Source: the human T2T-CHM13v2.0 reference genome, Homo sapiens. Taken from it: a stretch of 64,000 bases of DNA. A model generated the notes under the pieces. It searched no databases, had not been told where the DNA came from, and saw only the letters and a list, made by a program, of their open reading frames with translations. This document shows positions 63,376 to 64,000 of the stretch, one piece after another. The stretch lies in the NCBI RefSeq assembly GCF_009914755.1, contig NC_060936.1; one strand, given 5' to 3'. Both the position numbers and the translations under genes were made by a program. Numbering within the stretch: position 1 is the first letter of the stretch; each line of letters opens with the position of its first letter.

Positions 63376-64000
63376 TTATAAAATGCGGTATTAAGGGAAT
63401 AAAAGAATTACATGAAAATTATATGTAGTTGCTGGAAGTCCATTGTATTAATAGAAGGAATGCACAGGGACACTCTCTTATATCTAGTGTTTCTGCTGAG
63501 ACCTGAAAAATGGGACTAAGCTTGCCATACAGACCTTGAGGAAGAACATTCCTGGCAGAGGGAAGAGCAAGTTTATAGGCCCTGGAGTATGTTCAAGGAA
63601 ATGGAAGGCTGTCATCATGGTTGTAGAGGAATAAATAAGGAGGAAGTGGTATGCTCTTTAAGAAGCCAGCTTTGGCAGCAGCCAGTTGTGGAGGGCCTTG
63701 TGCATCATCGTATGGAGTGTGAACTTAGCTCTCAATAGTGTTATGTATTTGAAGGGTTGTGTGAAATAAGTAACATGATCTGATTTGGGTTTTTAAAAGA
63801 TCATTTTAACTGCTCAATAGGGCATGTATAATAAGCGTTGTTGTTAATATTTCTTCCTTTTTAAAGAAGAACTTTAGAAATGTAGCCCAAAACATATATT
63901 GTAATGTCTTCCTTGGGACAGCTTCTGAGCTCCGTTATCTGACTCTTCCCAGAGCCAAAAATATTTGTTTTAATTTTTACTGTGTACACTTTAGAAAAAG

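Overview
Human-type genomic DNA (Alu-dense, no prokaryotic features). From protein recognition this is the KDM5A/CCDC77 head-to-head locus (12p13.33 from established knowledge). Minus strand: KDM5A coding exons 1-3 (13780-13944, 10749-10826, 8883-9005; codons 1-122, JmjN and start of ARID), with intron 3 running off the left edge. Plus strand: CCDC77, with a candidate first exon in the shared CpG-island promoter (donor 14341), a second promoter/first exon at ~26.3-26.57 kb, a non-coding exon (30398-30451) and eight coding exons (34272-62122; codons 1-347, gene continues past the right edge). All coding junctions are GT-AG and phase-consistent. The rest is mostly transposon-derived: a 5'-intact L1PA (1-1572), HAL1, a full-length Tigger1, Charlie1, Tigger3a, Tigger4, MER1B, MER20, MLT LTRs, a degenerate ERVL provirus, L1M, L2, MIR and dozens of Alus. 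Most ORF-track entries are Alu or tandem-repeat artefacts. I did not find a convincingly new biological system. The best leads are: a 449-codon L1 antisense frame containing ORF0; a ~74-bp VNTR built from an LTR/L1 junction and carrying (UG)n plus splice-like sites; a 5'-inverted Alu with twin-priming geometry; a uORF/poly-C module before the KDM5A AUG; and a 205-bp dispersed duplication. Repeat family names come from recalled consensus sequences, not from a database search, and repeat boundaries are approximate.
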